Shown piece by piece: positions 51,051 through 64,000 of a stretch of 64,000 bases of DNA (the first letter of the stretch is position 1; the number at the start of each line of letters is the position of its first letter). The notes under the pieces were generated by a model. It ran no database searches. It saw only the letters and a list, made by a program, of their open reading frames with translations, and was not told where the DNA came from. The stretch spans positions 68,386,001-68,450,000 of the forward strand of contig CM060732.1 in NCBI GenBank assembly GCA_030704615.1, given 5' to 3'. This DNA comes from Takakia lepidozioides. Its lineage: Eukaryota; Plantae; Bryophyta. A program made the translations under genes and the position numbers.

Positions 51051-51760
51051 CCCCCATTGTGTTGGACTACCTCCGCACTAGAGACACTGCAGCCATTGTG
51101 ACTGCCAAGGAGAGGGATCGGATCCTACAACGAGCCAAGAGGTTCAAGTGGGAGGGGACACACCTGCTCCGAGTGTGGGAGGATGGTCGAGTGAGGATTG
51201 TGCCTCACCCAACACAGCGGGCACGATTAGTGCGGCATGCCCATGAGGAGTTGGGGCATTTTGGGGTGCAACCCACTCATAGTCTACTGCAGGGGCAGTA
51301 TTGGTGGCGTGGTATGCACACAAAGGTGCAACAATTTGTGGCTAGGTGCATGGTGTGTGACAGGGTGCGTGCTTCATTCAACGCCCCCACTCCACAATTG
51401 CACCCTCTTCCGAACATGGGATTGGGCTACAGGTGGAGTCTTGACGTCGCAGGGCCGTTGCCACTGACCATGCGCCACAACAAGTACGTGTTGGTGATGG
51501 TGTAGCACTTCTCCAAGTGGATTGAATTGGTTCCATTGCCTGATAAGGCTAGTGAGGGAGTTGGGTATGCATTCTTGGATTGTGTGCTTAGCCGATTCGG
51601 TGCTCCAGCTGAGGTACTCATAGACCAAGGGAGAGAGTTCTTGGGGGAGTTTCAGGCGTTGTGTGACAAAGCTTTGGTAGACCACCGCACCACTTCTCGG
51701 GATCATCCTGAGGCCGATGGCTTGCAGAGAGGGTTGTTCAGACAGTGAAGAGGGGTTTGT
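51051..51760 (+). pseudogene. Integrase (HHCC + partial rve core), truncated
   Basis: HEELGHFG..CMVC, WSLDVAGP, DQGREF and EADGL; stop at 51503. Confidence 0.9.
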
Positions 51761-52850
51761 GCAACTCATTGCCAGCTCCCCCATTGAATCCACAACCATC
51801 CAAACGATCAAAGCTTCAACACTCATACCCACAATCAACCCCCTCATCATCTCCCACTCCAACATCCACAAAACCCAGAACAAGAGAGATTCACAAGAAG
51901 AGAAAAAAGATCTCTCTCCAAAACCCATGCAAATACCTACAAACTTTTTTTTCCAAACACCACTCCACAGATGATGCAATCAAATTGGCATAATCACTCT
52001 CGAGCTGCCAAGGTTGGCAAACACACACACATCTACAAAAATTTCTTTTGAAAGACCACTCCACTAGATTCTTTCTCAGGTGTAGTGGAACCAGTGCTGT
52101 TTGTTGTTCTCGTTCATGTACGGTAGCTTCGATCTTCATCAGTTTCGATCATTTTTTCTTCTTTACACTGAGTTATCCGATTTGGTGTTAGATTGATGGT
52201 CCCAGTGAGAAGCTCTGGTGTTTGCACATATCCAGTGCAAGGGTTCACCCACTCGTCAACCACACGTATATTTTCAAAATGTAGGGCAATCGAAGAGCCC
52301 GAATAAGAACCTAATCTGTAGGTTCAGCTAAAAACCTGCCACATTCGCTGAATTTTCCAACATGGGGGTGGAACTTTTTGCTAAGCACCCAGCTCGGTGA
52401 AGGACGTTGGTCAAGATGCTTCAACTTTTACAGGCAGAGTGGAATGTTTGCTGCAACGCACATGAAGTAATCTAGTGACGAGTCCGGCGTTCGTGCCGCT
52501 GATTGAGGTTTTCAATAAAAATGTGACTACACTGGTATAATCGTTCACATGAGAGTTGAGGGTGTTACGGATTTAGGTCATTAGAAGGATTGAACAACCG
52601 ACTTCTGTTAGGGTTTTTGGTAGCACGCTCTCGGATAATTTTGATAGCAGCGAAATGGGTTGGAGAAAACCTGGACCATGGTACATAATCAGATGATGCA
52701 TTTAGGGAAGTGCTGCGAGATGGTCACTTTCGAAAAGACTAACCATGTTTTTCTAGACCTAACTTACCGAGAAGATTCAAAGCCATGATCTGTTTCAGTC
52801 AAATTTCAAGCTATCGTCAAAACCTAACTCAGATTTCTCTGTGCCTAGAA

Positions 52851-55800
52851 CACTACAATAGAATCCGGCTTTTACGTCTGCTATTTTCCAGTCGTATCAG
52901 CCTTTTATGACTGCATGACTGCCCAGTCAGATAAACCCAATCAGTTGTGACAAATGAGTTATAAGCGCCATAGAGTCGTATCTGCCAGTCATGGAGCTCA
53001 CAATTGACGTTGCAACGGGGACGCCTAATCATAGTCATTGATAAGACCGTAATAAATGACTGCGAATCCATGTCAGCTTCACGTGGAACGGAAGGGATAT
53101 GCCACGTGTCACGACAAAGGGAAGGCGACAAGGTCTTCGCGACTGGCATATATGACTTCGGAGGATTAACCCCAGGACAACACGTGGAGAACACCGGGAA
53201 CGACACGTGGCATGACAAGGTGACTTCCGCAGATTAACCCCAGGACAACACGTGGATTAGACTGGACATGACACGTGGCGTGACAGGGTGAGGGAGAGGG
53301 GGTCTTCCAAGACTGGCATGTATGACTTCTGCCGATTAACCCCAGTGCCACACGTGGCGAAATGGGACATGACACGTGCCATGACAATGGACTTCGGGAG
53401 GGGCTTTCGTGATTGGCATGTATGACTTCGGACGTTTAATGCCAAGTCCACACGTGGAGTCAAAGTATGCATGGTGGGGGTGGTAATTATGACTGGAACA
53501 TATGACTTCCATGGCGCTCTGTGGAGTCTGGATATAGCACGTGGCACGCGTATGGGCAAACATGGGGGGTTAAAGTGGGCACGTGCCGAAGGCTCTGTGG
53601 ATGGGAGGTAGTCCTATACATGAGCGTAGTCATGGGCCTGACTCTAGCAGCATTCAAACATAAAGCACCATTGAAAGCACACTAAAACACCATTGAAACA
53701 TGAAAGCACATTTGAAATTGGAACATCAATTCAAATACAACGTGAGTTAATGATCAGAGATCATTTCCATAATCTAATCTGGTGCCGCTACAACAATGCA
53801 CAAAAGCTGCAAAGTCTAAGTAGACTTCCAAATGCTTGAGCAGAAAATGCATACACTGGCATTTCTTGGACTGATGCAATCCTAACACATGGCAGATGAT
53901 GCACTCAAAATTCAGGGCAGTCAAACGCTCATCACTTCACTTTCTGGATTTTCACAAACTTGTCACTCCAAACTGTAACATGATCTAGAGTGTCTCCCAA
54001 CTCTGTGTGCGCTGGCTTCATGGACTTGTTGTGATACGGTAGAGGGGCATTGGTAAGTGTCATCTGTGTGATCATGATGGCCACATACCCCTCAGGCACC
54101 ATAGGGTATCCGGCACTCGTTGAAGACCCTTGTAGACCAACAATGTGGCCAGATGCTGCGGTTGCCCTCGAAACCGTGTCGATAAGCCGGACTTGGTCAC
54201 CCAACTTCAACTGCCATCCACCCCGAAAACCCCAGAAGATACATGAGCAAGCTTTCAGGCAAAAATCAAAGCAACAACAACATATACATATGTGAAACAA
54301 ACTAACATCGCTAAGAATATGTGTAAGCACCATTACACAAACTCCATGTGTACAAATTCGAAAACTGCAGGTAGGTAGGGAACCTTTACCCCATTCTGGC
54401 AGTCAAGGACTGGAGGTTTGGGAAATGTCTTGCTGATAGGTAGCGTGGTGGCTGCCCCTTCAACTGCCGCAGATTGTGAATGGTCAGGTACCTACACACA
54501 GGAACATATGCTCCACACATTGGACTGGGTTCCACAAGTACCACTCGCAAATGGGTTGGTGATAAGCCAATGCAGATTTCATGGGGCAATGGATTAATCT
54601 TACCTACAATGCCCTGTGGCTAGAGACTTGCGTAATCCCGGCAGACACCTGCACAGACAAAGTATACTGCACGATGAGTGGTAGCGGAGATACACTGAGC
54701 TATGAGCAGGTTACAGCCATACTACTTGCTATGCTAGCAGCTTACTCCCCTACAACTAAACCTACACACAAACTTAAACTAAAACTAGACAAAAGCTTAA
54801 CTAGACAGAGCTACACAACTAGCATTCCACATTGCATTGACATACAATTCATTGTGTTTACATAAAGTATTTCCCTCTAGGCAACACAATGCCATGACGT
54901 GTAAAATCGGGAGTTACCTGCGGGTGCTGGGTTGTGAGGGTGCTATGTGAAGCTTGTCCAAACCGAGGATGGGCCCTCATATACTTTGTAATTGAGGCTG
55001 CCTTTGCTGCCCCCTCCAAGAAAGGCCACAACTTCGTATTGAGGAACTGGTCAGAAGTCGCCCCGGCAGCCCCACTTCTCCAAGGCTCTGGGAATATGCC
55101 AGTGAAGGCAAGATTATTCTTCCCTTTGTGTGGAGTGTCATCAACAAGAAGAGTGTTGTTCTCATTCCATACAGAAAATTCTCGCCATACTGTTGACAGG
55201 TTTTTGAAAAATATAGGCTTAGATGGGTGCCTGTCATTTGCACATGTCATGTACCTTAGCAATAGTTTGTGCCAGGGGGTGTGATCAATAACTTACCAGA
55301 CGTGCCTCCACAGATGCTTTCCCACCACGACCAGTTTTTGATGGATTATGTATACACAAATTTGCCTTCTTTATCTTGGCTGATACGGTGCTGAAATTTG
55401 GGGTTGACCAGTATGAAACAAGCCTAGTCCATTGCACTTCGTCCACATACAAAGGTCTGCCCTCCCCTGCCTTGAACTTTGCATACAGTTCACTTCATTG
55501 TGTCTTCAAAGCTTTGCCAATGGTGTGTCACATGTGCTCATAGTCCAGACTACGTGGAGTGTATGAAAAAGTGGATGCCAGCACGCGCTGGACTGCCTTA
55601 ATGTCCTCCTCATCCTGCTCTTGAATGGCCAATGATAAGTCACACAATCGAAACATCTGCCCTTTAAGGGTTGCATGCCAAGAATTGCGAGAAGGGCCTA
55701 CTGGCTCCCCAAACTTGTTGACAACAATGATCTGCGAGGAAAGGCCGAGCTGCTCCCGCTCCACTTTCACCTTTGTTGCCGCTGCCTTTGCTTTCCGGTT

Positions 55801-57620
55801 CTGACGCCGCAGTGCATTGGCTCTATCCTTCTTAGACATTTCAATCGGGGGCTCGGGGACATCACTAGGGACTTCATCCATTGGGGGCTATGACTGGAGC
55901 TGGGGAGATGTGACATAGGGCCCAGGGTAAGGGGCATAGGGTGGGTATGGCAGTCGCATTGCAGGTTGAGGGTAGCTATGAGGTAGCTGCTGGAAAGAAG
56001 GGATGAGGGAGTGGAGAATGGCCATAGGCTTTCTCTGCATAACCAGATGGGGGTCGGGGGTATTGAGAGTGAGGGTCATAGGATGGGGAAAAGCATGAGG
56101 GTAATGTACGAGCAACAGGCCGAGTGGGAGGTTGGAGGGTGGAGTCTTGCCAACAGTTAGGTTCACCTGTTTCAGCAAACCATGGCCCGATGGGCTGCCC
56201 TGTGTGGCAATGCTGGGTCCACCAACCGCTGGACGCTTCTTCCTCACCTATGCAACACACAACACAATGCTGGTCAAAACTCACCCAAGAAAATTGGCAA
56301 AAACTCAGCCCTCACACAACCACCAGGGAAGCACATTGGTAATGAGGATCATACAATGACAAAATAGAAATCAGGTGCCATTTACCAAGAAGTCATGCAG
56401 GACTTGGGCAAAAAATTGAGCAAATGTAATAGGCCTCAATCTTGTTGCGCGTCCGGTGCATGGTTTTAGGGAATGGTTGGCTTTCAACCTCTTTGGCATG
56501 CTACCAATGCCTCTTCCCCTTGGAATGCTAGAGAGGTCAATTCAATTTCTTCTTTTTGGCAAATGCAACCACCATATTCTCATGCACTGTGTTTGCCCCC
56601 CTGTAATGGGGTATGTATTCTTCGTCGGAGTCCACGATGTGCTCCATCGCAAGCACACAGAGGTCGTCCTCATTGTCATCATCAATTGCATATCTCCGTG
56701 TGGGGGGGGGGGGGGGGGGGGCATGACTCTATTCTTCCACTGCGTCTTGGGGGACCAGAGGGGCGGGCTGGTGGCCGTCGTCTTGCACGCTTTGGCTTCT
56801 CTCTGTTGAACTGCTGAAGTGAATGAATCAAGCACAATTCCAATTTGCAAAAAATGGTTTCATTCCTGAACAATATTTGAACTGGCCCAAGGCATACCAG
56901 CTGACAACATTGACTTGTCATTTCGTGTTTAGTGATGTATTTGCACTGCTGAGTCATGCTTTAGTGCTGCAAATTGCAGGCTCACATTATGTATGATGAA
57001 GATTCGGATGGGGAGGAAGGACCGTCCAGTCCTACACCTAAAACGAGGGGTGTGGATGAACTTGACCAAGAACAACTTTTACAACAGGAGATGCAACGTG
57101 CTTTGCAAGAGGCTTTTGAAAGGACAGAATCAAAAGGGACACAACTTGTCAAGCGAATGAAGATGAATTTGGCATTCCCCATGCAAGCACTGAGGAACCA
57201 GGCAATGCCACACTAGAAGCATTCGTGTCATTTACCACTGGGGTAACGCGTAAAAGTCAAAAAACTGGGATCGACTGGAAGTTACAAACGATTAGTTACA
57301 ACGGACGTGGTAGTTGGGTTGAACATCCAATGATTGGAGTGGTAAAGGACGCAGACGCGCGAACAACTGCTCAGCGATTAATGCGATTAATGCTGAAGAA
57401 CCACGTGGCGTAACCAGGTGTCCCGTGTGTCTGACCTTTTGGGCTGACTTTGACTTTTCCCTCCGGATGAGTGGACCGACTCACCGGAGCGCGGTGACAC
57501 ATGGACGCGGACGTGGACGTGGATGATGATGTGGACGCCGACGTGGCGGCGCCACGACGAGCAGCACTGCTGCCACGTGGTAATAGACCACATAACTTGC
57601 AGTGCTACATGCCCAGTGGC
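52851..57620 (-). mobile_element. Decayed CACTA-like element with TnpA-like remnants and a captured phosphatase fragment
   Basis: Starts CACTACAA at 52851; subterminal ATGACT and CACGTGG repeats to ~53600; minus-strand ORF pieces at 53932-54210 and 55528-55881 resemble CACTA accessory proteins. The right terminus was not found. Confidence 0.55.
54858..55262 (-). pseudogene. FCP1/NIF-type HAD phosphatase C-terminal fragment
   Basis: KPIFFKNLSTVW....NTLLVDDTPHK..NN...GIFP.PW; the DxDxT/V motif was not seen. Confidence 0.65.
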
Positions 57621-58199
57621 AATTGCGACTGTTGGCGCAACCACTGCTTTACTACTTTAAATGAAGTGCTCGAAATTACTTGAACAATCATTCATAGTGA
57701 TTCATGCTTTGGAGTTTTGGTGTTTGTAAGTGAGTCGACTAGTAATGCCATACAAGAGAACTAATCATGCATTAGAAATGCACAAACGATGAAAGACATG
57801 CCATGAAACAAAATGAAATGAAAATGAATGAAATGAAACAAAATGGTACTTTATTACATCTGCAGAAGCTCAAAGAGCTTATGGGACAAAATGAAAAACA
57901 CAAAGTAAAAAAGCAGCCCAAAAGCTATTGCTGCTCTGGGGATTGCCTAAGGGTCAAGGCCTCGTGCAAGTAAGCTGCCAAGCAGTTCTGATCCTCATAA
58001 TGCAAGACTTCAGTGAGTTCCACGGAATAGACCATCTACTAATGGAGGTTTCTTCTAGTTATTGATCCACAGGGAATCATAGGTAATCTTGTGCTTGAAA
58101 TTTGGCCCTCTAGGATGAATCTGGACCACACTCTATCCCTGCTCCTTCAGCTATCCATGCCCCTGCACAAATCATGCATTCATCCTTGCCTTGCTGCTA

Positions 58200-58600
58200 G
58201 TAGCTGACAATGACAACCTACATTTGTTCTAGGAAATACCCAACTCAGCTTATCACACTAGTTCCTATGCTCAATTGCGTCTGCTACTCTCTGAAATGTA
58301 GCAGACATTCACATTTTTGCCTCGGTTGTCCCATCATTGACTGGGGGCAGAAAAGTATTCATTCCACAGCTTCTCCTCATGTTGGTTACTTGACGATGAC
58401 AGCCTAGACTTGTTCTAGGAAGCACCCAACTCAACTTATCACACTAGTTCCTACGCTCAATTGCATCTGCTACTCTCTATAATCCAACAAACATTCACCT
58501 TCTTGCCTCGATTGTCCCACCATTGACTGGGGTTAGAAAAATATTCATTCCACAACTTCTCCTCGTCTTTGTTACCTGTTTCTGATACTTTCCTGTTGTC
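58200..58600. repeat. ~200-bp tandem duplication, with related pieces at ~58116-58230 and ~59348-59600
   Basis: TTGTTCTAGGAA..ACCCAACTCA.CTTATCACACTAGTTCCTA.GCTCAATTGC occurs twice. Confidence 0.8.
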
Positions 58601-59616
58601 ACATTGGCAGAATCATGTCAAAGTCACTCAGAATCGCCCCTAATTATTCATGTCTGAATTCTGCAAATTAGCTGGTTGAGTGAAGCTTTGATAGTTTGGG
58701 GGAAAACAAGGTGCAATTGAAGAAGGTGCCTTCATTAGCAGTCATTAGCATATAACTATGAAAGCTATCAAAACATAACTGTTCTAAAGCCAGACATTTT
58801 AACACGCGTTTATGGATGAAACTCATTAAGCACCCAAAGGGGAATAGTCCCTGCTCTACCAAGCCAGCCTTGAGGTTCCATTCTAAGCTTGAGATTGCGA
58901 CTTGACACAGCTAACAGCAATCATGTCAGCTGATTGAGTGTTCCTGAAGATCTTGAAAATAATCAATCATGGTAATATCAAGTTGTTGCCCACACAATAA
59001 GAGAGGGTGTGATGGTAACTCAGGCAGGGCTACTTCAACCCTACATGACAGGATTCTGTTTCAGAGTGAAAATGAATATAGCGTAGCATTCTGGTAGGCA
59101 AAGAATTGGTATGCTCTTGAGAAAACGAGCGGTGTACTTTGTGAGGGGACTGCTTCTCATCCAAAGGCACTCCAGCTTGTGGATGTACCATCATGCCTAC
59201 CATGACAAAGAGGTGAGAATATGTGAAAAGCCTCATGTCAGCCATGAAGACAAAATATTCAGTCCAGATCATACCTTATCAAAGTGTCAATCTTCTTTGT
59301 CTGGATGTCGATCGTACATCTTCTTCACTTGAAATCCGGCCCTCTTATGAATCTGGACCCCACACTCTATCCCTGGTCCTTCAGCTATCCATGCCTGTGT
59401 ACAAACCATGGATACATCTTCAGCCTTGCTGCTAGCAGCTGAAGCAGCTGACACTGACGGCGTGAAGTTCTTCGAGGAAACACCCCAACCCTACCTACAG
59501 TAACATGTCAAAATCACTACAAAACCACCATAGATTCACCAACAAGCTTCTCCACATCTACGTTATCTGTTTTTGGATAATTCCTGCTGTCACATTGGCA
59601 ATAACTCCAGGTTAGG

Positions 59617-60107
59617 TGTCAAGTTAAATAAACACAGTGTGAAACTAACTAGAATAAAACTAGTTATTTGTATTTAACACTTGGATTTAGTTCAAGTGTT
59701 AAGTCAGGTGTCAAGTTTGAGCTTGACACCTGAACCATCTTATCTTCACGAGAGCGTCAGTCGTGCAGCTCATCTCTCTCGAGTTGAGCCTGCGCGACCG
59801 AGCTCCTTCATCGCTTCAGATCTGAGTGTGCTTATGTAGGGGTATAGGTTGTTGTGGGGTGGAGTCCCCATAGCTTGGGGTGCCCCTGGCTCGACTATTA
59901 TCTTAAAGAGTGATGCTGTTGGATTCATGTTGTTTCTTGTGTGAACAGTGTGTTCTTAGCTTTCTTATCACTCGAGAGAGATGCGATGTATCTAGTTTTC
60001 TAGTGCTAAGCTAGATGTGACGTTTTTGTTTTTAAGCACTATTATAATATAGCTTGGTCACGAGAGCCTGCAGTTAGACTGGCTATGTGTGCCTAGTGGA
60101 GCATAAC
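59617..60107 (+). mobile_element. LTR-like sequence (possible solo LTR), same family as 63562-64000
   Basis: Starts TGTCAAGTTA; shares GTGTGAAACTA.CTAG, TTATCTTCACG, CTCGAGTTGAGCCT and TTATCACTCGAGA with the 63562 copy. No TSD found; the right end is uncertain. Confidence 0.55.
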
Positions 60108-60591
60108 ATGAAGGCGGGAACCACTCGAAGTGTCGCTGCAGCAGTTCAAAGCCGACAATAATCGCCCTCAATGGCACATGAGGGGCTGTCTCCGTCAGCC
60201 TGTCTATCCATCAAACCAGCTTTTGCTTTGTGTGTACGCATTTGACTTCTGGTCACAATGAAGGAGACGAACTTCGGAGGAATGCTGATGTCGCTGAGAT
60301 TTTGCGCCGGACCACTTTCCCTCGTTCAGTCAAGCTTTCGGGAATAGAGCTCCCTGAGACAATAATCGCCCCCAGAACTTCTTCAACTGTTTCCAGATAA
60401 CAGAGTGCGAGTTTCTGGAGGAAATGAGCTCGCAAGTGATCAAATCTGTGTAGTGAAGGAGTATTCTTTGAACAGGAGATGAGATGAACTACTGTGCAGC
60501 ACTATGTTCGCGAGTGACGATAGTCTTCGTTTTGGCAGCCTGTCTATTTGCAGGAAATCAGGCGACCAATCAGACCCAAGCATAATATTGA

Positions 60592-60925
60592 TTGGGTGCA
60601 AGCCTTGTCCCTGGTCAGAACCCCTGGATTTCATCTCCTAATGGCACCTTTGCATTGGGGTTCTATGCCTCTGGCACGGTACATACTGCCTACAATCTTG
60701 GCATCCGGTATGCAGAGTTCTTGCTTCAAACTATCGTGTGGACCCTGAACGCAACATATCCGGTGGATACGACGGGTGCGTTGGAGCTTAAATCGGATGG
60801 TGACCTAGTGCTGATTCAGAATTCCTCGCAAGCTGTGATTTGGTCTAGCAACACAAGCCAGCTAGGGGTTGTTGGGGCCAGTCTCTTGGACTCTGGGAAC
60901 TTTGTCTTGCTAAACGGCAGTGGCG
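60592..60925 (+). pseudogene. Bulb-type (B/G-type) lectin domain fragment of an S-domain receptor kinase
   Basis: SPNGTFALGF..IVW..LELKSDGDLVL..IWSSNT..ASLLDSGNFVL; homology ends soon after and no kinase domain follows. Confidence 0.8.
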
Positions 60926-61199
60926 CATTTCGTGAATTTCTGAGGCCCGAAGGCCCAACTTCTGAAGCTCTGCCGTTGTTCTTGTTTCCGTGAAGAAGGG
61001 CTGAAGGAACTCGTCATGCTCTAATTGGCCAATGCTCCAAGTGTGTGGAAATCAGACCAGTTGCAGATCACACAGATTACTCAACTGCACGATTTTTGGA
61101 GGAACAAATGACCTACAGATACGACACACAAAAGGTCACATCAACAGATCAAGGCTGAGAGTGGATTAAGTGTGGGTTTCGGAGATATATGAGCGATTC

Positions 61200-63561
61200 G
61201 AGGTTTACTATTTCATGAGCAGAAACCATGAGCCATGAGCCATGAGCCGCATGAGCCGCATGAGCGGTGAGCCGAAGTCTAAGATACGCGGATTTCATGA
61301 GCGGACTCCTCCAAATTTGGAAATGCGGCAGATTAAACAAGTATTAAAATAATAGTTTTTTATTTGACCTTGCCGTTTTTGGACGTTCCAGATCATGTAA
61401 TGCGGCGAAGATATGTCGTCAGTAACAAGTCCGCTCATGGTTTTTTAGATCCGCTCATGGAAATAAGTGACCGTGCAACGGGAAATCCAGTATACCACTG
61501 CAAAAGGACGTCGCAGACTGGCCTGTATAGAGTATTCCGCGGTTTTACATGCCTTAACATTGGAATGAAGCTGACCCTTTTGCCGCGATTGAACCAATGG
61601 AATCTGCACCAATACAGTCTGCAGTACTTCACAATTCTGTCTTCTTCGGGTATTCGGCGGGAAAGGTTTGCAACTGAACTGGGAAATAGGGTGCCGCATT
61701 AGGGTTCGCACGTGCGAAATTTCGGAGCGGTTTGGTGTTGGCGAAGGCCGCCTCTGGGGGTACCTACGACGATACTTGGAAATGCGGCGCCGCATTTCCT
61801 TGTCGGAGGTCGAATGAGGAAAGCAAGTTTTTAGAAAGCAGAAAAACATGAACCCTCCAACATACAAAAATACATGCACGTGGAAACAAGTGAACGATAT
61901 AGTAATATCTTAGTTCGAGCAAAACAGGTTACTGGTAGGCAAGACATATGTCGGACCTTTGTGTGGCCAGAGTCTGAGGTACTGGCAGCAGTACAGTTCT
62001 ACTATCCGAAAAGGATGGGCGTACCATTGTATGTGGACCGCAAGCCAAGCTCACTGGTCCCCTGGATCCATATTCAGAAGAGTGTCAACCTCCTGGGGGC
62101 TCAACCCTGGTGCATGTATGAAGTGATGAGTTGTGGAATTACAACGGAGTCTCTTTAGGTACACGTAGTACAAATGCTTGCAAGGGCAGTATGATGCCCC
62201 CTTGTTCGCCATGATCTGGAAGTCGGTGCAATTGCAGGTGGGTAATTCTGAAATGGTGATGGTGTACACCTCATTGCGAACAGCTGAGCCCGCCGTGGCC
62301 ATTTGATACACACGCCCGAATCCTGGTGGGGGCACTTCTGTCGAGCTCTGGATTGTACAGTTCATCCGAAGTGCATTCCCCATCCTTGTCTCGTTCACTT
62401 TTGAGGGAGGTCGCCGCCTCTTCGGTTTCCCCCAACGGTGTGTAGGATGCTTAGAGCTGTCGTGTCCCATTGTTCTTGCTCTCACAGGGGTCGGTGGTGG
62501 AGGCTGTGGAAGCGGAAATGGTTCTCTGGGGACGTCAGTGCGCTGCACCATCCGAAATCCTGCGGCGGTAAGGGCGTCGGCCTCAACCTGACTCAGATCG
62601 CAGCCTGGTTCCACCGGCCACACCGGGGGAGCCTCTGGCATTGTTTGTATGCCGTACTTGGGCTTTCCATACACGCAAGTCATAATGTCATGCCTGCAGA
62701 ACCAGAACTGGGTGGTTGTCGCCTCCGCAAACTTTGCATGGACAAATCTTCCTATAAAAGTAGGAGCAGGGACAGCCCCATCTGGATTCCTCCTTATCAT
62801 CTCTAAACAACGTTGCCGTGTATCCACACGAATTGCGGAACACCTTCCTCGAAACGACGGCTTTGTGCGAGCAATTCTCCACTGTGATGCAGACACAGTC
62901 GTCTCCACAATGGCTTGGCCATACTGCATAACAGCGGGCGGAATGTGGGGCAAGGGAGTGGTGGGAATTTGTTGCACGAAATCCCCGGTTGAAGGCGACG
63001 GCGATCTGGAATTTCTTGGGCTTCCACTGCTGGAAGACACATTGTGCGGCAACATGACGGGACCTCGAGGTGCTGTCCGAATGTTCCTGTCGGATCTCCA
63101 GGAATCCTCTTCGCACCCGGGTTCCTCTTCAATCCTCCGCCTGACAGGGCGAGTCCGGACGTCCCCCTCTAGGTGTTCACCTCTGCGGTGCAGAGGCGTC
63201 CCTTTGATCTTCTCTCGCAATGCTGTCGCCCATTTCACTGGATTCTTGGACCTCGAAGCTGTTCGTACCAACAATTCCTCCCTGTCCAGCCCAAAGCCCC
63301 ATTGTTTGCCGCTCAGGAACTTGTAGTACGTGGCTTGCTGCATGATTGCTCTGTCGATGTCCTCCGTTGTGGCGTCACTACGTCCACCAGATGTGCGGCA
63401 GAAGACGCTCGCCAGGAGGAGTGGACCGATTCACCCATATTCGTGTTCGGCATGTCCGTGTCGGAATCCAAGCACCGCTCCTAGAAGGACACAAACAATG
63501 GTGAGGGACCAATCGAAATGTCCGTAACAGAAAGACAAATGAACGAAATTGACAGCAGCCT
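61200..63561 (-). mobile_element. Second, inverted copy of the MULE right arm (equivalent to 45985-48347)
   Basis: Near-identical reverse complement including the TIR, palindrome and transposase last exon (62051-63481); scattered substitutions and a 1-bp deletion at ~63373. Confidence 0.95.
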
Positions 63562-64000
63562 TGTCAAGTTATTTTACCACTAGTGTGAAACTAGCTAGGA
63601 AATAGCTAGCTTTTACATATTGACATTTGGGATTGGCCCAAGTGTCAATCCAGGGGTCAAAGCAGATTTAGGCCCTGGAGTGGTTATCTTCACGGCAAGC
63701 GCGGGAGGCTCATCTTTCTCGAGTTGAGCCTCACCGCGCCTAGCTATGGCGCCGTAGTGTGGATTCCCCATGGCGTGGGGTGCACTTGGCTTGACTTGTA
63801 TTTGAGTGATGAGGTTATATATGCATGAGTTTATGCTTCAGCTTTGTGAGCTCGCATGAGCTCGTGCTTGTATTCTTCTTCTTTATCACTCGAGAAAGAT
63901 CAGCTCGTATCTGTGAGTGCCAGATACGAGTTAGTTGTAGCACTTGTGGTTTTTGCTTGAGAATGAGAGAAACCAAGTTGTTATGCAAGGAGCACCGTGG
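63562..64000 (+). mobile_element. LTR-like element inserted in the transposase intron of MULE copy 2
   Basis: Identity with copy 1 stops abruptly at 63561 and is followed by TGTCAAGTT; similar to the 59617 element; runs off the window. Confidence 0.7.

Larger units (their letters stand above)
28598..51760 (+). mobile_element. Ty3/gypsy retrotransposon carrying a C5 DNA methyltransferase (gag-PR-DNMT-RT-RH-INT), interrupted by a MULE and internally inverted
   Basis: The ordered domains are listed in the features below. Possible LTR end/PBS near 29680 (..CAACA GGTGCTCACCCGTG). Integrase is truncated at ~51760. Outer boundaries are approximate. Confidence 0.88.

Noticed and set aside
52851-60455. 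GTGTAGTG at 60448-60455 as the right end of the CACTA element
   Set aside because: Poor TIR match, no subterminal repeats, and the flanks (GAA versus AAG) do not form a TSD.

Overview
Repeat-rich eukaryotic DNA from a land plant; the intron-containing RPL4, S-domain lectin and P4H-ShKT remnants and the TE types suggest a non-seed plant (inference). Two host genes look intact: an AFG1-like ATPase (+, ~13.1-18.7 kb) and RPL4 (-, 19878-21341). The rest is nested TEs and gene fragments. The main structure is a decayed Ty3/gypsy element (~28.6-51.8 kb) carrying a DNMT3-like C5 cytosine methyltransferase between protease and RT. That methyltransferase is split by a 15.4-kb Mutator-like DNA transposon (32927-48347, 9-bp TSD TTTGCTGGG). 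The MULE encodes (i) a GCM-like/DDE/SWIM transposase, (ii) a divergent multi-exon gene combining a ParB/Srx-like domain with a beta-class N6A/N4C amino-methyltransferase domain, and (iii) two head-to-head paralogous orphan ORFs. It also carries about 50 copies of a palindrome, GGAAATGCGGYRCCGCATTTCC, restricted to non-coding DNA and spaced at near-multiples of the helical repeat. A near-identical inverted second copy of the MULE right arm starts at 61200. All domain calls are by eye from motifs; no searches were run.
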